This document shows, in pieces, positions 19,845-29,067 of a DNA stretch of 64,000 nucleotides. Where the stretch lies: the NCBI GenBank assembly GCA_050290185.1, contig JBNKHE010000004.1, forward strand, positions 64,001-128,000, in the 5' to 3' direction. Origin of the DNA: Pontiella sp. GTDB taxonomy: Bacteria > Verrucomicrobiota > Kiritimatiellia > Kiritimatiellales > Pontiellaceae. The notes under the pieces were generated by a model that had not been told where the DNA came from, made no database searches, and saw only the letters and a program-made list of their open reading frames with translations. Position 1 is the stretch's first letter, and every line of letters starts with the position of its first letter. Position numbers and translations under genes: made by a program.

Positions 19845-21659
19845 CTAGGCCCGCAGATCGGGCTCGGATTCATCAACGGCTTCCTTTTCCACCTTCTTTG
19901 GGAGATGGAGCTTGAGATGCAGATCGCGTATCTGATTGAACTCGACCTCACCGGGTGCACCCATCAAAAGATCCTGCGCCTTCTGGTTCATCGGGAACGC
20001 GATAACCTCGCGAATGTTGGGCTCGTTTGCCAGCAACATGATGATGCGGTCAACACCGGGGGCGATACCTGCGTGCGGCGGCGCACCGTACTGGAACGCG
20101 CGGTACAGCGCCGGGAACTTGGATTCGACCACGGACTGGTCGTAGCCGGCAATCGCGAACGCCTTGACCATCATTTCCGGACTATGGTTTCGAACCGCGC
20201 CGGATGAAAGCTCGGTGCCGTTGCATACAATGTCGTACTGGTAGGCTAGAATGTCCAGTGGATCCTTGTTCAGCAAGTCATCCATTCCGCCCTGCGGCAT
20301 TGAGAACGGGTTGTGCGAAAACTCCACCTTGCCTTCGTCGTCGAGTTCATACATCGGGAAGTCGACAATCCAGCAAAACTTAAAGACGTCAGGATCGATG
20401 AGTTCGAGACGATGGCCAAGTTCTTCGCGGACGCATGCACCGATGTGGGTGGCTTCCTTTTCCTTGTCGGCGATGAAGAACATCACGTCGCCGTCGCCCA
20501 CCCCGCCGAGCTCCTTGAGCTGGTTCATGGTTTCTTCGGAAAGGAACTTGGCGATCGGGCTCTGTACCTCCCCGTCAATCCAGCGCAGGTAGCCGAGGCC
20601 CTTGGAGCCGACGCCCTGGGCAAACTTGATCATGTCGTCGAAAAATTTGCGCGATTTGTCGGCGCAACCCTTGGCGGCGATGGTCTTGACAACCCCGCCG
20701 GAAGCAACCACGCCGGCGAATGCCTTGAAGTCGCAGTTACGGAAGAGCTCCGACGCATCCTGGAGGATCAGCGGATTGCGCAGATCCGGCTTGTCCGTGC
20801 CATACTTATCCATCGCTTCCTTATAAGGAATGCGCTGGAACGGGATGTCGTCGACGGTCTTTTCGGAAAACTCGGTGAAGATTTTGTGGAGTACTTTTTC
20901 GTTCACTTCGAACACATCGTCCTGGGTGGCAAAAGCCATTTCCATATCGAGCTGATAAAACTCGCCCGGCGAACGGTCGGCGCGGGCGTCTTCGTCGCGG
21001 AAGCACGGGGCAATCTGAAAGTAGCGGTCGAAACCGGAGGTCATCAGCAGCTGTTTGAACTGCTGGGGGGCCTGCGGCAAAGCGTAGAACTTACCGGGAT
21101 GAACGCGGCTCGGAACGAGGTAGTCGCGCGCACCTTCGGGCGAGCTGTTGGTAAGAATCGGCGTCTGGATTTCCATAAAGCCTTCGCCGGTCATCAACTC
21201 GCGCATACGGGAAATCACCTTGGAACGCAGAACAATGTTGTTGTGCAGGCTTTCGCGGCGCAGATCGAGGAAACGGTATTCGAGCCGCATCGTTTCATTG
21301 CACTCTTCCTCCTTGGAAACCTGAAAAGGAATCACCTTGGATTCACCGAGGGTTTCCATCTCTTTGGCAACCACTTCGATATCGCCGGTAGGCAGCTTCG
21401 GGTTGATGGCCTCGGGAATACGGTCAACCACCTGGCCGGTGAAGCAAATCGTGGACTCAACACGCCAATGCTCAACCCCTTTATAGAAAGGCTGCGAAGG
21501 ATCGATCACGATCTGGGTCAGTCCATAGTGGTCGCGCAGGTCGATAAAAATGATTCCGCCATGGTCGCGCACGCTGTGTACCCAGCCGGAAAGCTTAACG
21601 ATTTGATGAACGTCTTCTTTTCTGAGTTCGCCGCAATTGTGTGTTCTATATCGATGCAT
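19845..21659 (-). CDS. aspS: Aspartate--tRNA ligase (likely non-discriminating)
   Basis: MHRYRTHNCGEL, RDHGG, PEGARDYLVPSR, YFQIAPCFRDED.RADR, GAPPHAGIAPGVDR. Start refined to 21659 (AAGGAG RBS). Confidence 0.97.
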   Translation of the reverse strand: MHRYRTHNCGELRKEDVHQIVKLSGWVHSVRDHGGIIFIDLRDHYGLTQIVIDPSQPFYKGVEHWRVESTICFTGQVVDRIPEAINPKLPTGDIEVVAKEMETLGESKVIPFQVSKEEECNETMRLEYRFLDLRRESLHNNIVLRSKVISRMRELMTGEGFMEIQTPILTNSSPEGARDYLVPSRVHPGKFYALPQAPQQFKQLLMTSGFDRYFQIAPCFRDEDARADRSPGEFYQLDMEMAFATQDDVFEVNEKVLHKIFTEFSEKTVDDIPFQRIPYKEAMDKYGTDKPDLRNPLILQDASELFRNCDFKAFAGVVASGGVVKTIAAKGCADKSRKFFDDMIKFAQGVGSKGLGYLRWIDGEVQSPIAKFLSEETMNQLKELGGVGDGDVMFFIADKEKEATHIGACVREELGHRLELIDPDVFKFCWIVDFPMYELDDEGKVEFSHNPFSMPQGGMDDLLNKDPLDILAYQYDIVCNGTELSSGAVRNHSPEMMVKAFAIAGYDQSVVESKFPALYRAFQYGAPPHAGIAPGVDRIIMLLANEPNIREVIAFPMNQKAQDLLMGAPGEVEFNQIRDLHLKLHLPKKVEKEAVDESEPDLRA

Positions 21660-21724
21660 GGTATTCTCCTTGGCGTGACGAGTGAGGCGTGACGATCGGT
21701 TGATCGGCAATCACGGCTCACGTT

Positions 21725-22966
21725 TCACGCATCACGTATTACTTCCTCTAAATTCAATTCCTGTTGCGAACCTTCCTTCATGTCCTTAACAACAGCGGTT
21801 CCCCTGGCGAGCTCGTCGTCGCCGCGAATGATTACTTTGGCGGCCTTGGCGCGGTCGGCCTTGCGCATCTGCGCCTTCATGCTTTTGGCGGAAAGCTCCA
21901 GGCCGCACCGAATCCCTTTGGATCGAAGTTCGGTGGCCAGTTTCATGTTTTCCGCCAAAGCGGCCTCGCCCAGCGACACCAGCCAAACGCCGCCGTCCGG
22001 AGCAAACTGTTCTGCCGTGATTCCGCAGGCTTCGAGCGCCATGATGGCCCGCTCAAAGCCGACCGCGAAACCGACACCCGGAATGGCTTTCTTGCCCAGC
22101 GCGATTTCGTAGCGGCCACCGCCGGCCAACGCATCCTGCGCACCGAGTGCGGAATGGCTTATTTCCCAAACGGTGTGCACGTAATAGTCGAGTCCGCGGA
22201 TCAACTTTGGATTGACCACCACTTCGATTCCCATGGTGTTCAGCGCATCCACAACCTGATCGAGGTAGGCACGCGACGCATCGCTCATGAATTCAATGGC
22301 AGAAGGGATCTGATCGACAATCTTGCCGCAGTTTTCGTTCTTGCAGTCGATCACGCGCAACACGTTTTCATCAATACGACGCTGGCAATCTTCACACAAA
22401 TCCGTCAGGTGCGGCTGCAGCGCCGCGCGCAGTCCATCGGCCACGGGTTTGCGATCCGAGGGCTCGCCACGGGTACTGATCTGGATTTTAGAGCCGGTTA
22501 AGCCCCATGAGTCGAGCAACCCTTTTTGCAGTGCAATACACTCTGCATCAGCCAGCGGATTCGGATCGCCTGTCGCTTCAACACCGACCTGATGGAACTG
22601 GCGCTTGCGTCCGGCTTGCGGGCGCTCGTACCGAAACATCGGGGCGATGTAGAAAACCCGGGCGTTTAGCCCCTCTTCGCCCCTACCCGCCAAATGGCGG
22701 ATGGTTCCCGCCGTGCCTTCCGGGCGCATAGCCAGCTCGTGCTTGCTCGGCTTGAAGGAATACATTTCTTTTTTGACCACATCGGTGGTATCGCCGAGCG
22801 AGCGCTGGAAGACGGAAAGTTTTTCAAGCACAGGGGTGCGGAGCTCTTCGTAACCATAACTCGTGAAGAGCGCACGCGCCCGTTCCTCCATCATGCGCCA
22901 GATATAGATTTCCGGCGCTTGAATGTCGGACATGCCTTGAAGAGGCTGGAATTCGTTTGAAGCCAT
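21725..22966 (-). CDS. hisS: Histidine--tRNA ligase
   Basis: RPEGTA, FRYERPQAGRKRQFHQ.G.E, RGLDYY, GGGRY, GFAVGFER. Confidence 0.97.
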   Translation of the reverse strand: MASNEFQPLQGMSDIQAPEIYIWRMMEERARALFTSYGYEELRTPVLEKLSVFQRSLGDTTDVVKKEMYSFKPSKHELAMRPEGTAGTIRHLAGRGEEGLNARVFYIAPMFRYERPQAGRKRQFHQVGVEATGDPNPLADAECIALQKGLLDSWGLTGSKIQISTRGEPSDRKPVADGLRAALQPHLTDLCEDCQRRIDENVLRVIDCKNENCGKIVDQIPSAIEFMSDASRAYLDQVVDALNTMGIEVVVNPKLIRGLDYYVHTVWEISHSALGAQDALAGGGRYEIALGKKAIPGVGFAVGFERAIMALEACGITAEQFAPDGGVWLVSLGEAALAENMKLATELRSKGIRCGLELSAKSMKAQMRKADRAKAAKVIIRGDDELARGTAVVKDMKEGSQQELNLEEVIRDA

Positions 22967-23076
22967 TAACTTATTTCCGATTGATGATTTCCGATTGGGG
23001 ATTTACAGACCGACTATGCCGCAGACGGGCAACGCCAATTCGATCGTCAATCAACCATTTCAAACCGGCAATGGGG

Positions 23077-23358
23077 TTACTCGCCCGTGATCTTCTGGCG
23101 CATGATTTTTCCCGGCTTGAATTTAACCACCTTGCGCGCAGGAATGGTCACAACGTTTTCGGGCTTGTTGGGATTACGGCCGATGCGCTGCTTGCGCTCG
23201 CGTACTTCAAATACACCAAAATTACGAAATTCAACGGTATCGTTCTGTTCGAGGGCTTCAACAATGTAGTCCAGACTCTTCTGGATTACTGCATAGACGT
23301 CCTGCTGGATCAATCCGGTTTCATCTGCAATGCGCATCACCAAATCTCGTTTCGTCAT
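23077..23358 (-). CDS. HU/IHF-family DNA-binding protein
   Basis: MTKRDLV..IA...VEFRNFGVF....RIGRNP...IPARKVVKFKPGK. TTGACC-N16-TAAGAT promoter-like site at 23456-23429. Confidence 0.95.
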   Translation of the reverse strand: MTKRDLVMRIADETGLIQQDVYAVIQKSLDYIVEALEQNDTVEFRNFGVFEVRERKQRIGRNPNKPENVVTIPARKVVKFKPGKIMRQKITGE

Positions 23359-23493
23359 CTTTCATATCTCCTTGATTTTTAAATAGTTCAACAAAACGGA
23401 AGCCCGTTATGTAAAAATTGAACCCCGGATCTTATTCAGACCACATAAACGGTCAAGTTAATCCGGTCAATATTAATGAATTAGCGCGAAAAA

Positions 23494-24138
23494 CTAACGC
23501 GCAAGGATGTGGACTGCCAGGAAGACCCAGAAGAGAATGAAACTGAACACGGTCAAACTCTTGTTGAAGGTGTAAAAATGGTCCTTCGGATTAATAATGA
23601 AAGCCGTCTGCTCGGCCGCCACCATGGTATGAGGGGCAATCAGCACCTTCTGGACGGTACCTTTGGAGGGGGCCTTGAGCTCCGAGGAATCCAATACGTT
23701 TCTCAGCTCTTCCACGTTGGCCAGTGCCTCATCCATGGTCTGCTGCGACGTTTCCAAACGGGTTTGGAGATCCGGGGCCGCGTCACTCGAGCCCGCACTG
23801 CCGGAGCCTTGAGCCAACTCCTTTTCCAGTTCCATATGCTTATTCTTGGCTTCGGTGTAGGCCTCCTTGGCCTTGTCATATTCCACGGCAACGCGATCGC
23901 TGCGCAATTCGGCGAGCAGTTCGTTTTCCCCAACGGGATCGCCCACGCCAACCTTGACATCCTTCACCGTACCGGACACGGCAAACACCACATCCACCTT
24001 CAAGGGGTGTTTCTTCAGGACCTTTTCGGAAGGGAACCACGCATCCTTGACGGCCCATAGGCACAGGAAAAAGAAAATAGCTGCAAGTATCAGAAAATCG
24101 TTTGTCCCCTTGACGTTGTACTCTCGTTTAGCCGGCAT
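23494..24138 (-). CDS. Membrane protein with split biotinyl/lipoyl-like motifs and coiled-coil hairpin (truncated MFP-like)
   Basis: N-terminal TM; VSGTVKDVKVGVGDPV half-lipoyl motif; coiled coil; LKAPSKGTV second half-motif; C-terminal TM (SLTVFSFILFWVFLAVHIL). Confidence 0.75.
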   Translation of the reverse strand: MPAKREYNVKGTNDFLILAAIFFFLCLWAVKDAWFPSEKVLKKHPLKVDVVFAVSGTVKDVKVGVGDPVGENELLAELRSDRVAVEYDKAKEAYTEAKNKHMELEKELAQGSGSAGSSDAAPDLQTRLETSQQTMDEALANVEELRNVLDSSELKAPSKGTVQKVLIAPHTMVAAEQTAFIINPKDHFYTFNKSLTVFSFILFWVFLAVHILAR

Positions 24139-24311
24139 GAATCGAAACTCCTTCAGTTGAACACAAAAGAGATTGTCAAACAGCCCTAGGCTTGTCGACC
24201 TTCAAATCCTTCTCTTGCGATGACTTTTGCCCTACTTTCAGCGGAAATTCGGTTTTAATCCCGCCTACGGTTTGTGCTACCTTCCTCTATCTTTTTTTGG
24301 AGGAGGCACAG

Positions 24312-27300
24312 GTGTACCTGAAAACGCTGGAAATTATTGGTTTCAAGAGCTTCGCGAACAAAACCAAGCTGGAATTCGAACCGGGCATGACGGCCATCGT
24401 CGGCCCGAACGGCTGCGGCAAGAGCAACGTTTCCGACGCCGTACGCTGGGTGCTGGGCGAACAGCGTGCCCGCGCCTTGCGCGGCGCGAAGATGGAAGAT
24501 GTTATTTTTAACGGCACCGACTCCGCCAAGGCGCTCGGCATGGCCGAAGTGAGCATTACACTGGCCGACTGCACCGACGCGTTGGGCATCGAATACGACG
24601 AAGTATGCATCACCCGCCGCGTGTTCCGCTCCGGCGAAAGCGGTTATTTTCTTAACCGCAAGGCCTGCCGCCTGAAGGATATCCAACGGCTGTTCATGGA
24701 TACCGGCGTCGGCACCGATTCCTACTCCGTACTCGAACAGGGTAAGATCGACCAGATTCTCTCGGCGCGTCCGGAAGATCGCCGCGGCGTTTTTGAAGAA
24801 GCCAGCGGCATCACCAAATACAAAGCCGACAAGAAAGAGGCGCTGCGCAAACTTGAACATACCGAAGCCAACCTGCTTCGACTCGCCGACGTCATCCGCG
24901 AAGTCAAGCGGCAGATTATCTCTCTCCAGCGTCAGGCCGGCAAAGCCAAGCGCTACAAGGATCTTTCCGAAGAAATGCGCAGCCTCGACATCTATGTCAC
25001 GCGCGAACGACTCAAGGAATACGCATTAAAGATCAACGAGCTGACCGGGGAACTACAGGTGCTCGAACAAAAGGTCGGCGAACTGCATGGTCAGGTGGAA
25101 GCGGCGGAAACCGAAGCGGAATCCTCCCGGCAGGCGCTCTCGCAACTGGAGCAGACCATTTCCGAAGCGATGGAACAGGCCTCAGCCGCACGCAGCGACC
25201 TGGAGCGCACCCGCAACCTGATCGCCATGAACACCGATCGTATTGCGGAACTGTCCACCCTGGCCCAGCGCAACTCGCAGGAAACCGAAGAGGCCCGCAT
25301 CCGCCTCGAGGCCCACCGCAACGAGCTGGATAAAATCATTGCCGACATGGCGGTTGCCGAAACTGAAAAAGGGGCCGCCCAGGCGGAACTCGAAAAGGCT
25401 ACCGCCGCACAAAAAGAAGTCGAAGACCAGATGAATGCAACCCGAGCAAAGGTGAACGACCTGCGCAATGAATCGGTGGCGCTCGACAGCACGGCCTCCA
25501 AGATGCAGAACGAACTGAACGAGTTGGATGCACGCGACCGGTCCGCCATGCTCAAGAAGGAACGGCTCGCCACGGAAAAATCGGAACTGGAACGTTCGCT
25601 CAAGCAATTTCTTGAACATCGCGGGGAAATGGACGCCAAGGTGGAAACCCTGTCTTCCAAAGTGGCGGAACAGGCCGAGATGCTCACCCAGCTCAACAGT
25701 GAACGCGGAACTCGCAAGGATCTGATCGTCGACAACGAAAAGGAACTGAACGAAAAACAGAAGACCGCAGCCGCAAAGCGCGCCCAGCTGGAAATGCTAT
25801 CCGGCGGCGAAGCCCGTCAGGCCGGCTTTCCGCCCGGTGCCCAGCTCCTGCTGGATCCGCCTGCCGATTTCACGCCCGACCGGGCCGGCATTATTGGACC
25901 GCTGGCCGAACAGCTCAAAACGACCCCGGAATACCAGACCGCGCTCGAAGCGATCCTGCGCCCCTGCCTCGATGCCATCGTGATCCGCGACGAAGCCTAT
26001 GCCCGCGAAGCCCTCGCATGGCTGCGCGACCAGGACGCCGGCAGCGCCCGCTTGCTCAGCGTAAACTCAAGCATGGAAGAGGCATCCTTCGACACCTCCT
26101 CGCCCGTCGGCAAGGGCCTATTGGACTGCGTCACCTTTGGCGATGAAGTCGCGCCGCTGGTCCGCCGGCTTTTCTGGAATGTCCGCGTGGTTGGATCCGA
26201 ATCCGAGATCCCTCATGTTCTTTCGTCCGACACAGTCGTGGTATCGCAGAATGGAACCATCATCTCAGGCGATGGCTCTTCGGAACTCTGGATGCCGGGC
26301 ACGGAAGACAAGAGTCCGCTGGCACGCCATCAGATGCGCGAACAGCTACAGGATGAAATCGAAAAGCTGAATGCAGACATCGAAAAACTGGAAGCAACCG
26401 TAACCACACTCCGCACCGAAGAATCCGACATGGCAACCACCATCGACGGGGCCCGCCAGCAGTTGGAGGAATATCGACGCGAACTCGCCCTGCAGGAAGG
26501 CGAGCGGCAGGTCATTGTGCGCGAAACCGCATCGGCACAGGAGCGGGTTGAAACCGTTACCTTTGAATTCAACAATCTCACGGAAACCGAAAGCAAAGGG
26601 GTCGAGCTGCGCTCGCGGCTCGCCAACGAAGTGCAGGAAACGCGCAACCGGCAGGCCCATGTACGCACGCAGATCGCCGAGCAGACCAAGGCCCTGAACG
26701 AGATCGAGGAGCGCCGTTCCGATGCCCTGTCGGTCACCTCCGAGCATCGTATCGTATTCTCGCAAAAAACCTCTGCACTGGAGCATCTGAACAACCGCAA
26801 GCAACCGATGGAAGCCCGCATCCGCGAACTGGAAGAGCTGATCCACGACCGCACGGGCGGAATCGATTCCTACAACCGGCGCATTGACGACCTGAAGAAT
26901 TCGATCGAAGAGGAAAGCGGCAAAATCGAACCGCTGGAAGCACGCCTGCTGGAAACCTCGCAGACCCTTGAAAGCGAGCGGGCGCGGCGCGAGGAAACCA
27001 TCCGCATACTCACGACGGCTGAAAACCGGCTGCGCGGCCTGCGTGATACGCTCGAAAGCGAACTGAACAAAAAATCCCGGATCGAGGTTGAGCGTGCCGA
27101 ATTCAAGATGCGGCACGACAACGCCCTCGAACGGGTGACAGGCACCTACCATATCACGAAGGAAGAGCTTGCGGAGGCGGAGGCCCCGCACTGGGAAAAC
27201 GACGAGGTTCCCGATCGAGACGAGATCGAAACCCGCGTGGCCGAACTTAAGGCCAAGATCGATTCCATGGGCCCGGTCAATCTGGTAGCCATCGATGAAC

Positions 27301-27890
27301 ATGCCGAATACGAAGAGCGTTTTGCCTTCCTCAACAAGCAGCAGGATGACCTGATTGCCGCCAAGCAGCAGTTGCTCGATATGATCAAGACGATCAACTC
27401 GACCACCACCGAAATGTTCAAGGAAACCTTCGACAAGGTGAACGCGAATTTTGAAGGCATGTTCAAGCAGCTTTTCGGCGGAGGCTCCGCCAAGCTCGTG
27501 TTGACCGACGACGAGGACATACTGGAAGCTGGCATCGAAATCATTGCCCGCCCGCCCGGCAAGAAGCTGCAAACGATTTCCCTGCTTTCCGGCGGCGAGC
27601 GCACCATGACCGCCGTCGCCCTGCTCTTCTCACTCTTTAAGGTCAAGCCCAGCCCGTTCTGCGTGCTGGACGAATTAGATGCCGCACTCGACGACGCAAA
27701 CATCAATCGTTTCGTCGATGCGCTGAAGGACTTCCTATCGATGTCCCAGTTTGTCATCATCACCCACAGTCGGCAGACGATTGCCGCCGCCAGCGTCATA
27801 TACGGAGTCACCATGCAGACCCGCGGAATCTCCAAAGTGGTCTCGATGAAATTCGCCGACTACGAGAAAAATGAAACCACGCTGAAGTAA
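24312..27890 (+). CDS. smc: Chromosome segregation protein SMC
   Basis: GFKSF, GPNGCGKSN Walker A, long coiled coils around a hinge, LSGGE signature, LDELDAALD Walker B. GTG start at 24312 after GGAGGAGG. Confidence 0.97.
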   Translation: MYLKTLEIIGFKSFANKTKLEFEPGMTAIVGPNGCGKSNVSDAVRWVLGEQRARALRGAKMEDVIFNGTDSAKALGMAEVSITLADCTDALGIEYDEVCITRRVFRSGESGYFLNRKACRLKDIQRLFMDTGVGTDSYSVLEQGKIDQILSARPEDRRGVFEEASGITKYKADKKEALRKLEHTEANLLRLADVIREVKRQIISLQRQAGKAKRYKDLSEEMRSLDIYVTRERLKEYALKINELTGELQVLEQKVGELHGQVEAAETEAESSRQALSQLEQTISEAMEQASAARSDLERTRNLIAMNTDRIAELSTLAQRNSQETEEARIRLEAHRNELDKIIADMAVAETEKGAAQAELEKATAAQKEVEDQMNATRAKVNDLRNESVALDSTASKMQNELNELDARDRSAMLKKERLATEKSELERSLKQFLEHRGEMDAKVETLSSKVAEQAEMLTQLNSERGTRKDLIVDNEKELNEKQKTAAAKRAQLEMLSGGEARQAGFPPGAQLLLDPPADFTPDRAGIIGPLAEQLKTTPEYQTALEAILRPCLDAIVIRDEAYAREALAWLRDQDAGSARLLSVNSSMEEASFDTSSPVGKGLLDCVTFGDEVAPLVRRLFWNVRVVGSESEIPHVLSSDTVVVSQNGTIISGDGSSELWMPGTEDKSPLARHQMREQLQDEIEKLNADIEKLEATVTTLRTEESDMATTIDGARQQLEEYRRELALQEGERQVIVRETASAQERVETVTFEFNNLTETESKGVELRSRLANEVQETRNRQAHVRTQIAEQTKALNEIEERRSDALSVTSEHRIVFSQKTSALEHLNNRKQPMEARIRELEELIHDRTGGIDSYNRRIDDLKNSIEEESGKIEPLEARLLETSQTLESERARREETIRILTTAENRLRGLRDTLESELNKKSRIEVERAEFKMRHDNALERVTGTYHITKEELAEAEAPHWENDEVPDRDEIETRVAELKAKIDSMGPVNLVAIDEHAEYEERFAFLNKQQDDLIAAKQQLLDMIKTINSTTTEMFKETFDKVNANFEGMFKQLFGGGSAKLVLTDDEDILEAGIEIIARPPGKKLQTISLLSGGERTMTAVALLFSLFKVKPSPFCVLDELDAALDDANINRFVDALKDFLSMSQFVIITHSRQTIAAASVIYGVTMQTRGISKVVSMKFADYEKNETTLK

Positions 27891-27945
27891 GCCCGCGACG
27901 TATTGCGTTTTACTTATTGACCCACACCAACGGTCCCCCGAGAAT

Positions 27946-28022
27946 CAATACGCAATACGCAATACGCAATACGCAATACGCAATACGCAATACGCAATAC
28001 GCAATACGCAATACGCAATACG
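27946..28022 (+). repeat. Perfect heptamer tandem repeat (CAATACG)11
   Basis: 11 exact copies (77 bp) ending 7 nt before ATG 28030; 10-bp inverted partner CGTATTGCGT at 27899-27908. Confidence 0.97.
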
Positions 28023-28029
28023 ACGACCT

Positions 28030-28716
28030 ATGGATAAAAAAAACCAATTCAATTTCTGGTACGCGGTAAACAACACCGAACTGGTCAGTGCGCCCACCAG
28101 CCGGCTGGAGACGTTTGGCGATACGATCGTCAATTACTATCTGGTCAGCGAGCTGATGGACAGCATCGATAAGGTGCGTGTGCGCGAAGGCCATCTGAAG
28201 GCGCTGAAGCCCGAAATCATAACCCCCCAGGGCCTCGGCCAGATGGATCTCGATGATTTCGGCCCGGAAGCACGCCAGTATGCCGAATGGCTCTCGGAAC
28301 ATGCCGGCGAACTTCGCATTCTCCAGTATGGGTTCCGCCTCCAGAAACGGGAACTCAAGGAATATGTCGTCAGCGACCATCTTGACAATGTTCTCGACCG
28401 GGTGAAGCAGGAGGTCAAAATGCAGAATGACCCGCTAAGCGCCATTCTGCTCGGCGTTGACGATCCGTGGGAAGTCTGCCTGCTCAAGCTGATGGTCGAG
28501 CTGGTTCAAAACTCGGCACAGGGAAATATCCAGGACATCCGGAATCAGGTTTTTGCCCAGGAAAACAGTCTTGCCCAGCGCATCGACCAAGCCTTCCTCG
28601 ATGCCTCGCGGGACCCGTCGCTCATCAATGGCCTCGCCGATTTCCTTAAGCAAAACGGACTGTGGGAGCAATACGAAGATCGCTTCTTCGCCCTCGTCAA
28701 GTCATCCGGTCAGTAG
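28030..28716 (+). CDS. Conserved hypothetical protein downstream of smc
   Basis: 228-aa ORF with host-like codon use (FWYAVNNTE...LETFG...GVDDPWEVCLLKLM); no function recognised. Confidence 0.8.
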   Translation: MDKKNQFNFWYAVNNTELVSAPTSRLETFGDTIVNYYLVSELMDSIDKVRVREGHLKALKPEIITPQGLGQMDLDDFGPEARQYAEWLSEHAGELRILQYGFRLQKRELKEYVVSDHLDNVLDRVKQEVKMQNDPLSAILLGVDDPWEVCLLKLMVELVQNSAQGNIQDIRNQVFAQENSLAQRIDQAFLDASRDPSLINGLADFLKQNGLWEQYEDRFFALVKSSGQ

Positions 28717-28892
28717 CGGTGCCGCCCGCCGATTACGCCGACTGGTATTGACGCCGATCAGGAGTCGAAGCCCCTCCCTATCCCCTTTTCAAGCAAGACG
28801 GAGCCGTTTCAAGCCTCAACCGTCACGATTCAGGTGAGTGAGAATACGAAATACGCGGCAGGCAATACTTCTCAATTTTTTCTTCGAGCTGG

Positions 28893-28921
28893 TTGACACG
28901 ACTCAGGCCGATCCGTATATT
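28893..28921 (+). promoter_or_regulatory. sigma70 promoter of tRNA-Val
   Basis: TTGACA-N17-TATATT, 15 bp upstream of the tRNA. Confidence 0.85.
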
Positions 28922-28936
28922 CCGTCTTCTTTTTGA

Positions 28937-29013
28937 GGGCGATTAGCTCAGTTGGTTAGAGCACTACCTTGACATGGTAGGGGTCGGAGGTTCGAATCCT
29001 CTATCGCCCACCA
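28937..29013 (+). tRNA. tRNA-Val(GAC)
   Basis: GGGCGAT/ATCGCCC acceptor stem, AGCTCAGTTGGTTAGAGC D-arm, CTACC-TTGACAT-GGTAG anticodon arm, GGTTCGAATCC T-arm, encoded CCA. Confidence 0.97.
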
Positions 29014-29019
29014 CTTTAT

Positions 29020-29047
29020 AACCCGTTCAAACCGAACGGGTTTTTTT
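29020..29047 (+). terminator. Intrinsic terminator after tRNA-Val
   Basis: AACCCGTTC-AAACC-GAACGGGTT followed by a T-run. Confidence 0.85.
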
Positions 29048-29067
29048 ATCTTGACGGCATAGCGCTC

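Noticed and set aside
27946..28022. Possible CRISPR array
   Set aside because: Contiguous 7-bp units with no spacers, and no cas genes anywhere in the window.
27910..28380. Minus-strand ORFs containing IAYCVLR repeats
   Set aside because: The peptide repeat is just the translated (CAATACG)n array, antisense to the real gene.
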